This document shows positions 63,206-64,000 of a stretch of DNA of 64,000 nt, in pieces. The position numbers and the translations under genes are program-made. Below the pieces are notes generated by a model that was not told where the DNA came from, searched no databases, and saw only the letters and a list, made by a program, of their open reading frames with translations. The first letter of the stretch is position 1; each line of letters opens with the position of its first letter. This stretch comes from Raja brachyura (lineage: Eukaryota): contig OY740791.1 in assembly GCA_963514005.1 (NCBI GenBank), positions 45,818,001 through 45,882,000 on the forward strand. The letters run 5' to 3'.

Positions 63206-64000
63206 ATGGGATATTTTAAAATATGTTGGCCGCTGAAATGGTCACTTTTTTACTACGTATTATCACCCTGGGTTCTGGTTTCGGGGCAGATTCGCTATTC
63301 AATGCCTGAAGAACTGCAAATGGGTGCCTTTGTTGGAAATATCGCCGACGATTTGGATTTAGACGTGAAAGAGCTGGCTGCCCGCAGTTTTCGGATTGTG
63401 TCTAGTCCCAGGAAGCAGTATCTGGATGTAAATTTGGACAATGGAATTCTTTATGTGAAGGGAGAAATTGACAGGGAGCAGCTCTGCGGGTCGAACCCCG
63501 TGTGCACATTGTTCTTGGAGGCCGTGATTGAAAATCCGTTGACGGCGTATCATTTTCAAGTCGAGATTCTGGATGTAAATGACAACGCCCCCCGTTTCCC
63601 CCATACCCAATTCCGCCTGGAAATCTCCGAGATTGTGGCGCAAGGTTCACGTTTTGCCCTCGAGTCGGCACAGGACCCAGATGTCGGAAGCAACTCAGTT
63701 CAGACGTACCAGTTGGACGATAACGAGTATTTCATCATAGATATTCAGTCACGCCGTGGAGATGGCAAGTTGCCGGTGTTAGTGTTACAAAGGCAACTGG
63801 ACAGGGAGAAACAAACGAGCCACAAGTTAGTCCTGATTGCCAAGGACGGAGGCATCCCACAAAAATCTGGGACGGCTCAGATAACTGTCATAGTGCAGGA
63901 TGCGAACGACAATGCGCCGGTGTTCCAGCAATCGGAATACAGGACGAGTCTGCGGGAAAACACACCCCGGGGAACCCTGGTAATCAAACTCAATGCTACT
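63206..64000 (+). CDS. Clustered protocadherin variable exon 11, 5' part (runs off the window; missing from the supplied ORF track)
   Basis: Manual translation from ATG 63206: MGYFKICWPLKWSLFYYVLSPWVLVSGQIRYSMPEELQMGAFVGNIADDL...DREQLCGSNPVC...DVNDNAPRF...AKDGGIP...DANDNAPVF; no stop seen before the window end. Confidence 0.95.
   Translation, partial: MGYFKICWPLKWSLFYYVLSPWVLVSGQIRYSMPEELQMGAFVGNIADDLDLDVKELAARSFRIVSSPRKQYLDVNLDNGILYVKGEIDREQLCGSNPVCTLFLEAVIENPLTAYHFQVEILDVNDNAPRFPHTQFRLEISEIVAQGSRFALESAQDPDVGSNSVQTYQLDDNEYFIIDIQSRRGDGKLPVLVLQRQLDREKQTSHKLVLIAKDGGIPQKSGTAQITVIVQDANDNAPVFQQSEYRTSLRENTPRGTLVIKLNAT

Overview
Vertebrate genomic DNA. It is most likely from a cartilaginous fish (skate or ray); this is inferred from the repeat families and the protocadherin tail motif, not proven. 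The window covers part of a clustered protocadherin (cPcdh) locus, with 11 same-strand variable exons: 10 complete (810-822 codons) and one truncated by the window end. Each complete exon encodes a signal peptide, six cadherin repeats, a TM segment and a variable cytoplasmic tail, and ends in a phase-0 GAG|GTGAG donor. No constant exons are in the window. Exons 2-6 come from recent tandem duplication of a spacer+exon unit and show mosaic patterns suggesting gene conversion. The spacers hold CR1, Tx1 and Rex/Babar-like LINE pieces, nested non-autonomous Helitrons, a TIR DNA transposon and many short palindromic Penelope-derived elements. Three signals are not explained by those features. (1) An out-of-frame ATG lies exactly 16 nt upstream of the start codon in all 10 exons with a visible leader (and the TG half is visible in exon 1), forming an overlapping uORF. 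(2) All 10 visible promoters share a rigidly spaced four-block module, GCTTTAAGAA / ATTGG / CCAAT / GGWGATC, with no obvious mammalian CSE/CTCF site. (3) The variable tails carry a near-invariant PPNYVEV motif (PPxY plus YxxPhi), with PPxY lost in one paralog.
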